Source of the DNA: Promethearchaeia archaeon
GTDB taxonomy: Archaea > Asgardarchaeota > Lokiarchaeia > Sigyniarchaeales > SOKP01
Assembly (NCBI GenBank): GCA_029856145.1
Contig: JAHQWK010000024.1
Coordinates: forward strand, 43,131-107,130
Length of the DNA: 64,000 bases
Direction: 5' to 3'
This document shows, in pieces, positions 39,162 to 47,996 of the stretch. The number at the start of each line of letters is the position of its first letter. Position 1 is the stretch's first letter. The position numbers and the translations under genes were made by a program. Under the pieces are notes generated by a model. That model was given only the letters and a program-made list of their open reading frames with translations. It was not told the DNA's origin and did no database searches.

Positions 39162-39323
39162 CTAAAACCCAAAGACTTGTTTTATTTTATCATATATCTC
39201 TTTAATTTCTCTAAGTTTTGTTTCATCGCCTTGATTTAAGAAATGGGACAACCAGTCTGCAAGTCCACCTTGTTGTATCCATTGTAAGAAGTATTCAACT
39301 GATTGACGTTCCTCAGCAGACAT
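39162..39323 (-). CDS. Unannotated 53-aa helical small protein
   Basis: Translated by hand: MSAEERQSVEYFLQWIQQGGLADWLSHFLNQGDETKLREIKEIYDKIKQVFGF; fills an intergenic gap with coding-like composition. Confidence 0.65.
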   Translation of the reverse strand: MSAEERQSVEYFLQWIQQGGLADWLSHFLNQGDETKLREIKEIYDKIKQVFGF

Positions 39324-39455
39324 TTTTTATTCGACTTTTCTATTATATTTGTTTTTAATTATATTTTTCTTCTATATAAAAGTTATAAATCATTCTATTT
39401 TATATTTTTATAATTCTAAAACATTTTTGATGAAATTTTTAATTAAATCTTATAA

Positions 39456-40424
39456 GTGAAAAAAATGCCTGATATAAGAATTAAGACTCCTCCATTGGAT
39501 AAAGTATTCGAAAAATGGAAGCAAAGAGCAGTAAGAACGGATCGGAAAAAAATGGAAAAAGAGTTTGGGACAAAAGGTGCTGTTTTCTCATTAGACGCAG
39601 TTAGCGCAGCTGAATATGTAAAAGAAACCACAAAAGAGGCAGCAATTTATTTTGCACTTAAAAAATCTCTTGGTCCCGCCCCAAAAGGAAAGGAAGAAAA
39701 CCTTGTAACAGCCCCAAGAGTTGTTCGAGAACAATTTTATTCCTTTAAAGGAGCTGGAAAGATAAATAAAGAGGAATGGAAAGGAAATGAAATAGTTCCT
39801 CACTTTGAATCAATTCAAGCAGTTTCTTGTAAAAATTGTCGAGGAAAAGGATATATCGAAAATAAATGTAAAACCTGCAAAGGAACTGGAAAAATTGAGG
39901 AAACTTTGACAGTTCTTGTTGGTGAAGAACAGAAAAAGGAAAAGAAACCATTTTCTTATCCCTGTGCAACTTGTTTTGGCACAGGAAATAGAACAGAACC
40001 TTGCAAAGAATGTGGAGGTTATAAAAATATGTATAAATATGAAGAACTCCCTGTACCATTTCAAACAGTGGTAACAGGAGCCCCCATCCTTCATTCAAGC
40101 GCTCAAACCAAGTATGAAAAGGAGATTGGAGAGGATCTCCATAAAATGATTGAAGACGTCGAAGGAATAAAATTTAGTGATTTCAAAGAATTAGACTCTA
40201 AAGCAGAAGCGTCATTAGGATATTGGAATAAAAATATTAAAAAAACCATTAACTCTGCTGGTAGTGATTATAAATCTTATGAAAAAGACAAAGATGCTCA
40301 AATTACATCTCAAATTTATCTCTTTCCTATGATTTTGATGAATGCTGAAACGAAACGTGGTAAAAAATTTGAAATTTATAGTCTTGGATCAGGAGAAAAA
40401 TTTATGGTATATTCTAACTTCTAA
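39456..40424 (+). CDS. DnaJ-type zinc-finger protein without a J domain (SSUH2-like)
   Basis: CKNCRGKG, CKTCKGTG, CATCFGTG and CKECGGYK; no HPD motif. Confidence 0.75.
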   Translation: MKKMPDIRIKTPPLDKVFEKWKQRAVRTDRKKMEKEFGTKGAVFSLDAVSAAEYVKETTKEAAIYFALKKSLGPAPKGKEENLVTAPRVVREQFYSFKGAGKINKEEWKGNEIVPHFESIQAVSCKNCRGKGYIENKCKTCKGTGKIEETLTVLVGEEQKKEKKPFSYPCATCFGTGNRTEPCKECGGYKNMYKYEELPVPFQTVVTGAPILHSSAQTKYEKEIGEDLHKMIEDVEGIKFSDFKELDSKAEASLGYWNKNIKKTINSAGSDYKSYEKDKDAQITSQIYLFPMILMNAETKRGKKFEIYSLGSGEKFMVYSNF

Positions 40425-40600
40425 TTCTTTTTTTCTGAAATTAATTACTAATTTAACAAACATAAATTTTTTATTTTCATCTTAAATTATGCTTCAATAT
40501 CTTAATTGAATTGTTTTCAAAACACAAACTTATAAATAACTAGAATCTACTTTTTTTTTAGAAATTTTTTATTTAAATAATTTAAAGCTTATTTAGCACT

Positions 40601-40744
40601 ATGATTAGTATAGTAGAAAAAGAAAAATTCTTAAGTTTAAAATGCAATTGTAAGCATTGTTGTGATACGGGTAAAATTAAGATTTATAGAGTTGATTGGG
40701 AGGATTTCGACGAGATCAAGTGTGAAAAATGTAAACCTGACTAA
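40601..40744 (+). CDS. Unannotated 47-aa zinc-ribbon microprotein
   Basis: Translated by hand: MISIVEKEKFLSLKCNCKHCCDTGKIKIYRVDWEDFDEIKCEKCKPD. Confidence 0.6.
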   Translation: MISIVEKEKFLSLKCNCKHCCDTGKIKIYRVDWEDFDEIKCEKCKPD

Positions 40745-40875
40745 ATAAACTTGTATAAAATAACATTCTAGGCCTTAGATATAATAAAAAAGTGAATAAA
40801 ACCAAATTTTTCTTGATTCTTACTGAATTTATGACTTATTCTAAATTTTAGACATACATTTCTAAAGTTTTCTAT

Positions 40876-41460
40876 TTATTTAAAGACTTTATCGAATACT
40901 TGCGGTAAGTTGTTGATTATAGGTTTTCGCGCTGTAGCAATAAAAGTAATAGCAATCAATCCTCCTAACCCGAATTGGATTATGCCATTTAAAATTAATT
41001 CATACGATGCTGCGGGTATGCCGAAAATGATAATTTCATATAAGAAATATCCAATTACCATCGTAAAACCACCAGTTAAAACAGCTAAAATGTCTCTATA
41101 ATTAATTTTTTTATAAAATTTTTTAGGGTTAGCGATGATACCCACTAAAAAACCCTCTAAACCTTTAATTATTAAAGTTCCAGGAGCATATATGGTATAG
41201 CCTAAAAAAATATCTGCTAAAGCTGAACCTATACCTCCAGAAAAACCTCCTATTATAGGTCCGAACAACATACCGCAGATCATTACTCCTGCATCTCCAA
41301 TATTGATGAAACCCTGAGTAGCTGGAATTGGAATAGAAATTACCATTGTTAGTATGCAAATAAGAGCAGAAAATACTCCAATTATTGAAAGTGATAAAAT
41401 TAATCGTGGTGTAAGACGCTGTTTATAATGATCTGGTGCTGTTACTTCTTCATTTTTCAA
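40876..41460 (-). CDS. ECF transporter S component
   Basis: SIPIPATQGFINIGDAGV...GGIGSALADIFLGY...PGTLIIKGLEG. Confidence 0.9.
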   Translation of the reverse strand: MKNEEVTAPDHYKQRLTPRLILSLSIIGVFSALICILTMVISIPIPATQGFINIGDAGVMICGMLFGPIIGGFSGGIGSALADIFLGYTIYAPGTLIIKGLEGFLVGIIANPKKFYKKINYRDILAVLTGGFTMVIGYFLYEIIIFGIPAASYELILNGIIQFGLGGLIAITFIATARKPIINNLPQVFDKVFK

Positions 41461-41573
41461 TGTTTTTATCGCCTTTAATTATAAATATCTAATTTTTTGA
41501 ATTTTTTAGACTTTATAAAATTAATTTACAAAAAACTCTAATGATAGCTTTTAAGAAAAAGAAATGAAAAAAG

Positions 41574-42050
41574 TTACTTAAGTATATTATTTGAAGCATA
41601 GGCGATTAGAATCTTCCCATAAAAATAGTGATGACTACTCATTTCTGATTTACATGAATGAACAATTTGACATTCATAGCTTAAATCAGAGTCTTTTATA
41701 GTAGAGACTTTTGTTTTATTTCCTGGAATAATTTCCAATCCTGCTTCTTTAATTTTATCAGTATTTCTTCCAGAATAAGAACCTGCTATATCTACCGCGT
41801 GATATATTTTATCCGAAGGGATATTTACAGTAAATTCATTGACTCCCTCAGTAAGTAATTTATATGTGTATCGACTATAAGCTACTTGTGCTCTAATAAC
41901 AGGAATACCCTCTAAATCTTCTATACTCTTCCAATCTAAAGCCATAACATTGAGTTTTCCATTTTTATCCATTGAAACTAACAACGCTGTATTTCTCTTA
42001 AAATGTTCAATATAATCATATGGCCCAATTTCTTGCCTAGTTTTAGACAT
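41574..42050 (-). CDS. Flavin reductase-like FMN-binding protein
   Basis: LLVS..GKLNVM, RYTY, EFTVN, GSYSGRNTDK and YEC motifs. Confidence 0.88.
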   Translation of the reverse strand: MSKTRQEIGPYDYIEHFKRNTALLVSMDKNGKLNVMALDWKSIEDLEGIPVIRAQVAYSRYTYKLLTEGVNEFTVNIPSDKIYHAVDIAGSYSGRNTDKIKEAGLEIIPGNKTKVSTIKDSDLSYECQIVHSCKSEMSSHHYFYGKILIAYASNNILK

Positions 42051-42142
42051 TTTTATAATTCTAATATAGCTATTTCTTAATATATCAATAATTGTTAATT
42101 ATGGCATAAATTTCTTGTCATGTATGAATTTGTCTATTGCTT

Positions 42143-42286
42143 CTAACACGTTTCTTCCCAATCATCATTAGGATCAATACTTTCACAGCAATTAGGACAC
42201 CAATCATCAGGATAACCTCCATCAAAATCATCTGCTTCTATATTTAATAATTCATCATATATTTTTTCTGAAATTTTACCTTTAAG
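42143..42286 (-). pseudogene. Possible start-less remnant of an acidic Cys-containing small protein
   Basis: Open stretch LKGKISEKIYDELLNIEADDFDGGYPDDWCPNCCESIDPNDDWEETC, preceded by an in-frame TAG; nearest ATG is out of frame. Confidence 0.25.
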
Positions 42287-42315
42287 CTATGTGTCATAAG
42301 TTAATGTAAAAATGT

Positions 42316-42531
42316 TTAATCAGAGTCATCTTCGTCATCGTCATCATCATCATCATCATCATCGTCATCCTCCTCCTCATCATTATTTACATCAATGGTC
42401 TCATACTCTTCAGCATCACGATAACAGGTTTTACAATAAGGTTTTCCACCTACATAAATTGCTTTATCTTGGAGTATTTTTTTCTCGCAATTTGTACAAT
42501 AAACATCATCTTCATCATCAAATTTACCCAT
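42316..42531 (-). CDS. Small LIM-half-like zinc finger with poly-acidic tail
   Basis: CTNCEKKILQDKAIYVGGKPYCKTCY followed by a D/E tract; GGAGGTG SD-like site just upstream of ATG 42531. Confidence 0.8.
   Translation of the reverse strand: MGKFDDEDDVYCTNCEKKILQDKAIYVGGKPYCKTCYRDAEEYETIDVNNDEEEDDDDDDDDDDDDEDDSD
42326..42382 (-). repeat. GAT/GAC/GAG trinucleotide tract encoding poly-Asp/Glu
   Basis: (tca)n run on the + strand. Confidence 0.8.
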
Positions 42532-42740
42532 AACAAACACCTCCATATTTAATATAGGGAACTTTACTTAGATAACCAAATAAGCTCAATCTATAATTAT
42601 AATTTATATAAAAAAAAATTGTAACCATCATCGTATCCATCAATTAATTGTAATTTTTTCTTTGAATTCATTTTTAGATAGGATGTTTAATTTAAAATAT
42701 AATAAAATAAGACAAAAAATAATATAAGTATTGCATAAAA

Positions 42741-43778
42741 TTAAACAATACAGCTATTTGCCTTTTTTAATCTTTTCTCAGCATCATTAACAATACTATT
42801 AATTATGTCTTGAACAGTTTCGACAGAATTAATTAAACCGATACTTTGACCTAAAAGAACAGCTCCCTCTTCCACATTACCATCATAAGTCATTTCATAA
42901 TGTTTTTGATCGTCCATTACTCTCTCTGGTGTTAACTGAGCTTCCAATGCCATCTTTTCTTCTTTACTTGTTACAACTCCATGATGTAAAGAATAATTAT
43001 TTTTCCAAAGGCGTATTGGCCCAAGAACTCCAGTAACCCATACTGTGTCATCTGCTTTTGCTGAAGGTACAATATTTTTGTATTTTTCATGGAATTCACT
43101 TTCTTTTGAAGCAATAAATCTTGAACCCATTGCAATAGCTCCTGCACCCATTGCTAATGCTGAAGCTAATCCTTCTCCACTAGAAAATCCTCCGCATGCT
43201 ATTATTGAAGTGTCTGGATATTTTTTCGTGACTTGTTGTAATAAGACTAAGGTACTGATTTTTTCATAACTTTGATGTCCTCCGCCCTCCCAACCAGTAA
43301 TAACCATACCATCAACTCCAGATGTTATACATTTATCAGCAAGCCATAATGCTGGTGCCACATGGAAATGCTTAATGTTAGATCCACTCTCTTTTAATCT
43401 TTGATATGTTTTAGCTTTTGGCAGCATTTTCGATGAACCAGCGCTAGTTACTGCATAAACACATTGTTCTTTTATTTTTGGATTGTTCAATATGAATCTT
43501 GAAATCCCTCGACAGAGTCCTGGAGCATCTAGTTGTAATCTTGCTGTTCTAATATTAAATCCAAAGGGTTTTTCTGTATGTTCCACAACATATTCCATAT
43601 TTGATTTCATTTCTTCCAAGGCACTTTTCCCAAATAGATTAGTATGACTCAATACTCCCAATCCACCGGCTTCAGAAACTGCAACTGCTAATTCCTTTGT
43701 GTAAAACGGACCCATAGGAGCAGCAATTATCGGATGCTTAATTCCAAACATTTCAGTTATATCTGTTTTTAATCCCAT
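42741..43778 (-). CDS. Nitronate monooxygenase/FabK-like flavoprotein
   Basis: FGIKHPIIAAPM, AVSEAGGLG, GWEGGGH, ACGG and MGSRF motifs. Confidence 0.9.
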   Translation of the reverse strand: MGLKTDITEMFGIKHPIIAAPMGPFYTKELAVAVSEAGGLGVLSHTNLFGKSALEEMKSNMEYVVEHTEKPFGFNIRTARLQLDAPGLCRGISRFILNNPKIKEQCVYAVTSAGSSKMLPKAKTYQRLKESGSNIKHFHVAPALWLADKCITSGVDGMVITGWEGGGHQSYEKISTLVLLQQVTKKYPDTSIIACGGFSSGEGLASALAMGAGAIAMGSRFIASKESEFHEKYKNIVPSAKADDTVWVTGVLGPIRLWKNNYSLHHGVVTSKEEKMALEAQLTPERVMDDQKHYEMTYDGNVEEGAVLLGQSIGLINSVETVQDIINSIVNDAEKRLKKANSCIV

Positions 43779-44096
43779 ATCCTTATACCATTTTCAACTG
43801 TTTTAATAATTATAATAATATAATAATATTAATAGTGAAAAATCAAAAAGTAATATAAATCTTTTATAAATTTAAAAGCAATTACTTAGATAAGTTGCTC
43901 TTAATAAAAATATACATTTAATTAATTTAAGAGTCAGATTAGGATTTTTGATGTTTACAGAAGTATTTTTCTAAATATATTTAAATATAAGTTCCGTTTT
44001 TGTTTTAATAAATTAAATAATTCTTAATAAAGGTTCTTTACGCCAGAAAATTTTCAATTCAAGAATCTTATTAGTTTTTTCTAGGCGATTAATGAG

Positions 44097-45107
44097 TTGG
44101 ATAATACCATAAATTTAAAACTAGTTGTTCTCGGAGAAGGAGATGTTGGGAAATCTTCTATTATAAATGCTTTTATGGGGAAGCAATTTCCCGAACAGTA
44201 TTTACCAACAATTGGCAGTGAAACTGCTAAAAAAGAATACGTTATAAAAGAGAGTGGTAATATTATAAGAGTATTTCTTTCTATATGGGACACAGGAGGT
44301 CAGAGGTCATTTAATCCTTTTAATCCAGCTTTATATAAAAATATCGATATAGTTCTGTTAGTTTTCGATTTAACAAAACCAAAAGAAACATTGGAACTTC
44401 TAAAAGAAGAGTTTTTAAAACATGTAAATTATCATTCTGAAGATGTTTTAAAACTATTTATTGGAAATAAATTGGATGCACTTACTAATGTTAAGCAGAT
44501 TAAAACAAATTTGAATAATTTTTTAGCTAAAAATGACAATGTAGTATTCGTATCTGCAAAAACAGGTGAAAATATTAATGAGTGTTTTGAATTATTGATA
44601 TATACTTTTTTAAGAAAAGCAGAAATATTGTATCCTGATATTATTCAGAATAATACAGCTACAAGGTTCCTAAATTTAATTAATAAAAACGAAAATCAAT
44701 TAAAAATCGGATTAATAAATTTAAAAAATTTAGATTCAATATTAAAAAAGCAGAAGATAAAACCAAAAATCAAAGAAGAAAGTGTTGAGGAAAAAGAAAT
44801 TAAAGAATTGAAATATTATGACTTTCTAAAGCAAGAGTTAGAAAATAACACAACTCAAAAAAGCGATATTATGGATCTATTTTTGATTAATTTATCTGAA
44901 CTTGACAAAACTATAGAGCATTTAAAGAAAACCCACTCTAAATCAGTTAAGGATTTAATTGACAACTTAAAAGAACTCTTAATTATTACTAAAAAAGATT
45001 TTGAACAGAATGTTGACTTAATAGCAAAATTAAATAGAGAAGAATTTGAATTAGTAAAAATCATCTCAAAAACTAAAGAAGAACAATCAAAACTAAATAA
45101 GAAGTAG
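44097..45107 (+). CDS. Rab-like small GTPase with ~165-aa C-terminal helical/coiled-coil extension
   Basis: G1 GEGDVGKSS, G2 YLPTIG, G3 WDTGGQ, G4 NKLD, G5 SAK. Confidence 0.9.
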   Translation: MDNTINLKLVVLGEGDVGKSSIINAFMGKQFPEQYLPTIGSETAKKEYVIKESGNIIRVFLSIWDTGGQRSFNPFNPALYKNIDIVLLVFDLTKPKETLELLKEEFLKHVNYHSEDVLKLFIGNKLDALTNVKQIKTNLNNFLAKNDNVVFVSAKTGENINECFELLIYTFLRKAEILYPDIIQNNTATRFLNLINKNENQLKIGLINLKNLDSILKKQKIKPKIKEESVEEKEIKELKYYDFLKQELENNTTQKSDIMDLFLINLSELDKTIEHLKKTHSKSVKDLIDNLKELLIITKKDFEQNVDLIAKLNREEFELVKIISKTKEEQSKLNKK

Positions 45108-45164
45108 TTTTTCGCCTAGATAATAAAACAATTATGATTAAAGAATTAATAAAAATGAAAAAAG

Positions 45165-46079
45165 GTGAATAAAATATCTGAAGAAATTTCTTTAAAGGAA
45201 TTCCAGAAATTAAAAGAACAAGTTAGTAAGCTAGATAATAAAATGAATGAACAGTTTAAAAAATCTGAACAAAAAACGAATGAGCAAGTAAGTAATCTAG
45301 AAAAAAAATTATCTGACAGGTTGGATAAACTTGATCAAAGTCTAAATGAGCAAGTTAATAATCTTGAGGAGAAATCAACTGAGCAAATCAATAAATTAGA
45401 GCAAAAAACAAAAGATCACTTTACACAACTAGAACAGAACATGGATAAGCAGGGAACCTCGACGAGTAAGAAAATAGAGGATTTAGCAAATATGTTTGAA
45501 GGGGAATTAAAAGAAAAATTTACAGCACTTTCAAAGAAACTAGAAGAAAACTTTAAGACACTCAATTTAGAAATAGAAAATAAATTTAGAACAGTTGACC
45601 AAAAGTTAGATAGACATGTTAATAATCTGGAGAATCAAATAGAATCTCTTATAGAAAAAATTAACACTGCGAGTGAAGATTTTTCTACAAAATTAAATAA
45701 TTTCAAGGAAGAGTTTGATACTAAAGAAGAGGTTCTTAGAGATATGATTAAAAAATATAATGAAGAAAACACAGAGTTTAAGAACAATCTAGAACCTATG
45801 TTAGAGAGACTTAGAAGTGAACAAGATTTAGTTAAAATAACTGTTGATGTGCTTAAAAAACAGATAAAAGAAAGCGCAAAAGAATGGATTGATGATGAAA
45901 TAAAATTGGCTTGTAAAAACAAAGAAAAAGAAATTCTTATGAATTTATGGATTGATGAATTGAAAGAAATTATAGATAATTTAGATAAATTAAAGGAAAT
46001 TCATCCAAAAGAACTAAAACTTCATATAAATGAAATTTCGAGTACTATAGAATCATTTAAACAAAAGTTTTTAAAATAA
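45165..46079 (+). CDS. All-helical protein with 11-residue repeats (apolipoprotein/hendecad-like)
   Basis: EQVSKLDNKMN/EQFKKSEQKTN/EQVSNLEKKLS/DRLDKLDQSLN/EQVNNLEEKST/EQINKLEQKTK. Confidence 0.8.
   Translation: MNKISEEISLKEFQKLKEQVSKLDNKMNEQFKKSEQKTNEQVSNLEKKLSDRLDKLDQSLNEQVNNLEEKSTEQINKLEQKTKDHFTQLEQNMDKQGTSTSKKIEDLANMFEGELKEKFTALSKKLEENFKTLNLEIENKFRTVDQKLDRHVNNLENQIESLIEKINTASEDFSTKLNNFKEEFDTKEEVLRDMIKKYNEENTEFKNNLEPMLERLRSEQDLVKITVDVLKKQIKESAKEWIDDEIKLACKNKEKEILMNLWIDELKEIIDNLDKLKEIHPKELKLHINEISSTIESFKQKFLK
45216..45446 (+). repeat. Degenerate 33-nt coding tandem repeat (about 7 units)
   Basis: Units typically begin GA(A/G)CA(A/G) and recur every 33 nt. Confidence 0.65.
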
Positions 46080-46480
46080 ATCTTTTTTTACCCTTTCTGA
46101 AATAGTACCACCATTGACACCATTGATAAAGTTTTACCGATATCTTTCAATCAGGTCAAAAGATACATTAACTCCATTTTTAGAGATTAAATGATTTAAA
46201 AAAATGCAATTTACCATCTAAAACATTTTCATTTATAAAGTTATTCATTTATTTGGTCCTAATACCGAAATATTAAAGAGAAAAAATCAAAATTTAAATA
46301 TCTGAACACTCTCTATTTCTTAAGAATCAAATATGATGAGCAAAATAATGTTCTATTTGTATCGACATCTATTTAAACAAAATAGAATCTGCAATGAAAT
46401 GAAAAATTGCAAAAATTAAATAAACATTCATATTCTAATTCTATATGAGGTATTAATAATTATAATCCAATATTCATAAA

Positions 46481-47935
46481 ATGACTGACGAATTTAAAGG
46501 AGAAGAAAAGGATAGTAAATCGGAAAGGGAAGTTGATAGAATAGATAAGGAATACTTATCTAAAGCTAAAAACTCAAGAGATATGATAGATAAAAAACTA
46601 AGGACATTTGAAAATAGTATTGAAGACATATCAGAAACCATAACAAATGGAGAAACGGCAGAAGAAAAAGAGACTGAGAAGAAACCTATAGAGGAAATTA
46701 GCGAAGAAATAAAAGAAGCTCAGGAAAAACTTAATACTATTAAAAAAAAGATAGATGATAAAGAAGAATATCTTACAGCGATTGAAGAGACTATAAAACA
46801 GCTTGAAGAAAAGTATAATCGTAAAACTGAAGAGATGGATAACGTAGAGGAGAGACTAAATATTACAACTGAAAGTAAAGAGAATTTGGAACAAGAATAC
46901 ATGGAACTCTTGAAAAATAATGAACAATTAGTAAAAACATACGAGACAAGGCAAGTGGACTTAATTGTTCTTACAGATTCAATAAAAGAAAAAATTACTA
47001 CTCAAGAAGAACTTCGTAATAAAATTTCAAAAATGAATCAAGAGATCCAATCAAAAGAAGATTTACTTATAAAACAGAGAGAAGAAGCTGAAGCATTTGA
47101 AAAAAAATTAAAAAGTCAACATGCTGAAAATGAGACTTTAAAAGTCTCAATTAGCAAGAATAAAATTGAATTAGAACATTCAAATTCAGAAATTGAAGCA
47201 AAAGAAGAAGAAAAGAAGCTTTTAACTGAACAGATTGATAAAAGAGAAAGTAGAATTAAAGAGATCGAACTAAGAATCGAAGAATATAAAGAAGGGTTTC
47301 CAGAAATGGAAAAACAAAGAGGAACATATGAAGAACTCCTTGCTAAATATAAAGTACAATTAACTGATAAACAACAACAATTAATTGAAATTGAATCTCG
47401 AATACAAGAATTGAATGATACAACAAATAATTTGATAGAACAAATTATTGCTAAAGAAAATCTAATTGAAGCTAATGAAAAAAGAATAGTGGATTTAAAA
47501 AAAGATATTGAAACTTCGAATACAGAGTATATTGAACTAGAAGAAAGATTAGAAGCATTAACTGAAAAATTAACGCATATGGAAGCAGAACATGAAAAAT
47601 TAAATAAATCAAAAGAAGTAATTGAAACTAGCACCAATGACTCAAGAACAATTTTACAAAAACTCAAATTAGAATTAGAAAGTCAAGAAAAAGAAATTAG
47701 AGATAAAGAAAGTAGAATACATAGATTAGAAGTCCTATCTGCTATTTACCGAGCTTCTAAATTTTTTGGAGGGATTTTAATAGGAGCAGGAATTTTCTTC
47801 ATAGTCTGGGCATTAGGAATATTTTATCATTTTATTGATTTTGGTAATGCAAATGATTTTATAATGGGTTTATTCCTATTAATTGGAGCTATTTTATCAA
47901 TTATTTCAGGTGTATTCCATTTGGAAAAGTCATGA
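46481..47935 (+). CDS. Long coiled-coil protein with C-terminal two-TM anchor
   Basis: About 400 aa of E/K-rich heptads, then FFGGILIGAGIFFIVWALGIF and FIMGLFLLIGAILSIISGVF. Confidence 0.85.
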   Translation: MTDEFKGEEKDSKSEREVDRIDKEYLSKAKNSRDMIDKKLRTFENSIEDISETITNGETAEEKETEKKPIEEISEEIKEAQEKLNTIKKKIDDKEEYLTAIEETIKQLEEKYNRKTEEMDNVEERLNITTESKENLEQEYMELLKNNEQLVKTYETRQVDLIVLTDSIKEKITTQEELRNKISKMNQEIQSKEDLLIKQREEAEAFEKKLKSQHAENETLKVSISKNKIELEHSNSEIEAKEEEKKLLTEQIDKRESRIKEIELRIEEYKEGFPEMEKQRGTYEELLAKYKVQLTDKQQQLIEIESRIQELNDTTNNLIEQIIAKENLIEANEKRIVDLKKDIETSNTEYIELEERLEALTEKLTHMEAEHEKLNKSKEVIETSTNDSRTILQKLKLELESQEKEIRDKESRIHRLEVLSAIYRASKFFGGILIGAGIFFIVWALGIFYHFIDFGNANDFIMGLFLLIGAILSIISGVFHLEKS

Positions 47936-47996
47936 AATTCATTTTAAAAATCAAATGTCTATTTAAAATTCTTTATATAAATTTAATGGGATATTA

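Noticed and set aside
42143-42297. Amber (TAG) read-through or pyrrolysine in the small acidic ORF
   Set aside because: There is no in-frame start immediately upstream of the TAG and no pyl genes in the window; a decayed gene or frameshift is simpler.
42312-42533. His-rich 73-aa ORF on the + strand (apparent metal-binding poly-His protein)
   Set aside because: It is the antisense shadow of the poly-Asp tract. The minus-strand ORF has a coherent Zn finger and an SD-like site.
46080-46480. 400-nt intergenic gap with a short CCATTGA direct repeat: possible ncRNA or ORF
   Set aside because: No convincing ORF, stable stem or recognisable RNA motif could be supported by eye.
47116-47667. 183-aa minus-strand ORF and similar S/F/I/L-rich ORFs (e.g. 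36579..37049, 45635..45922, 30255..30527)
   Set aside because: These are antisense or alternate-frame shadows of well-supported genes, expected opposite E/K-rich coding sequence.
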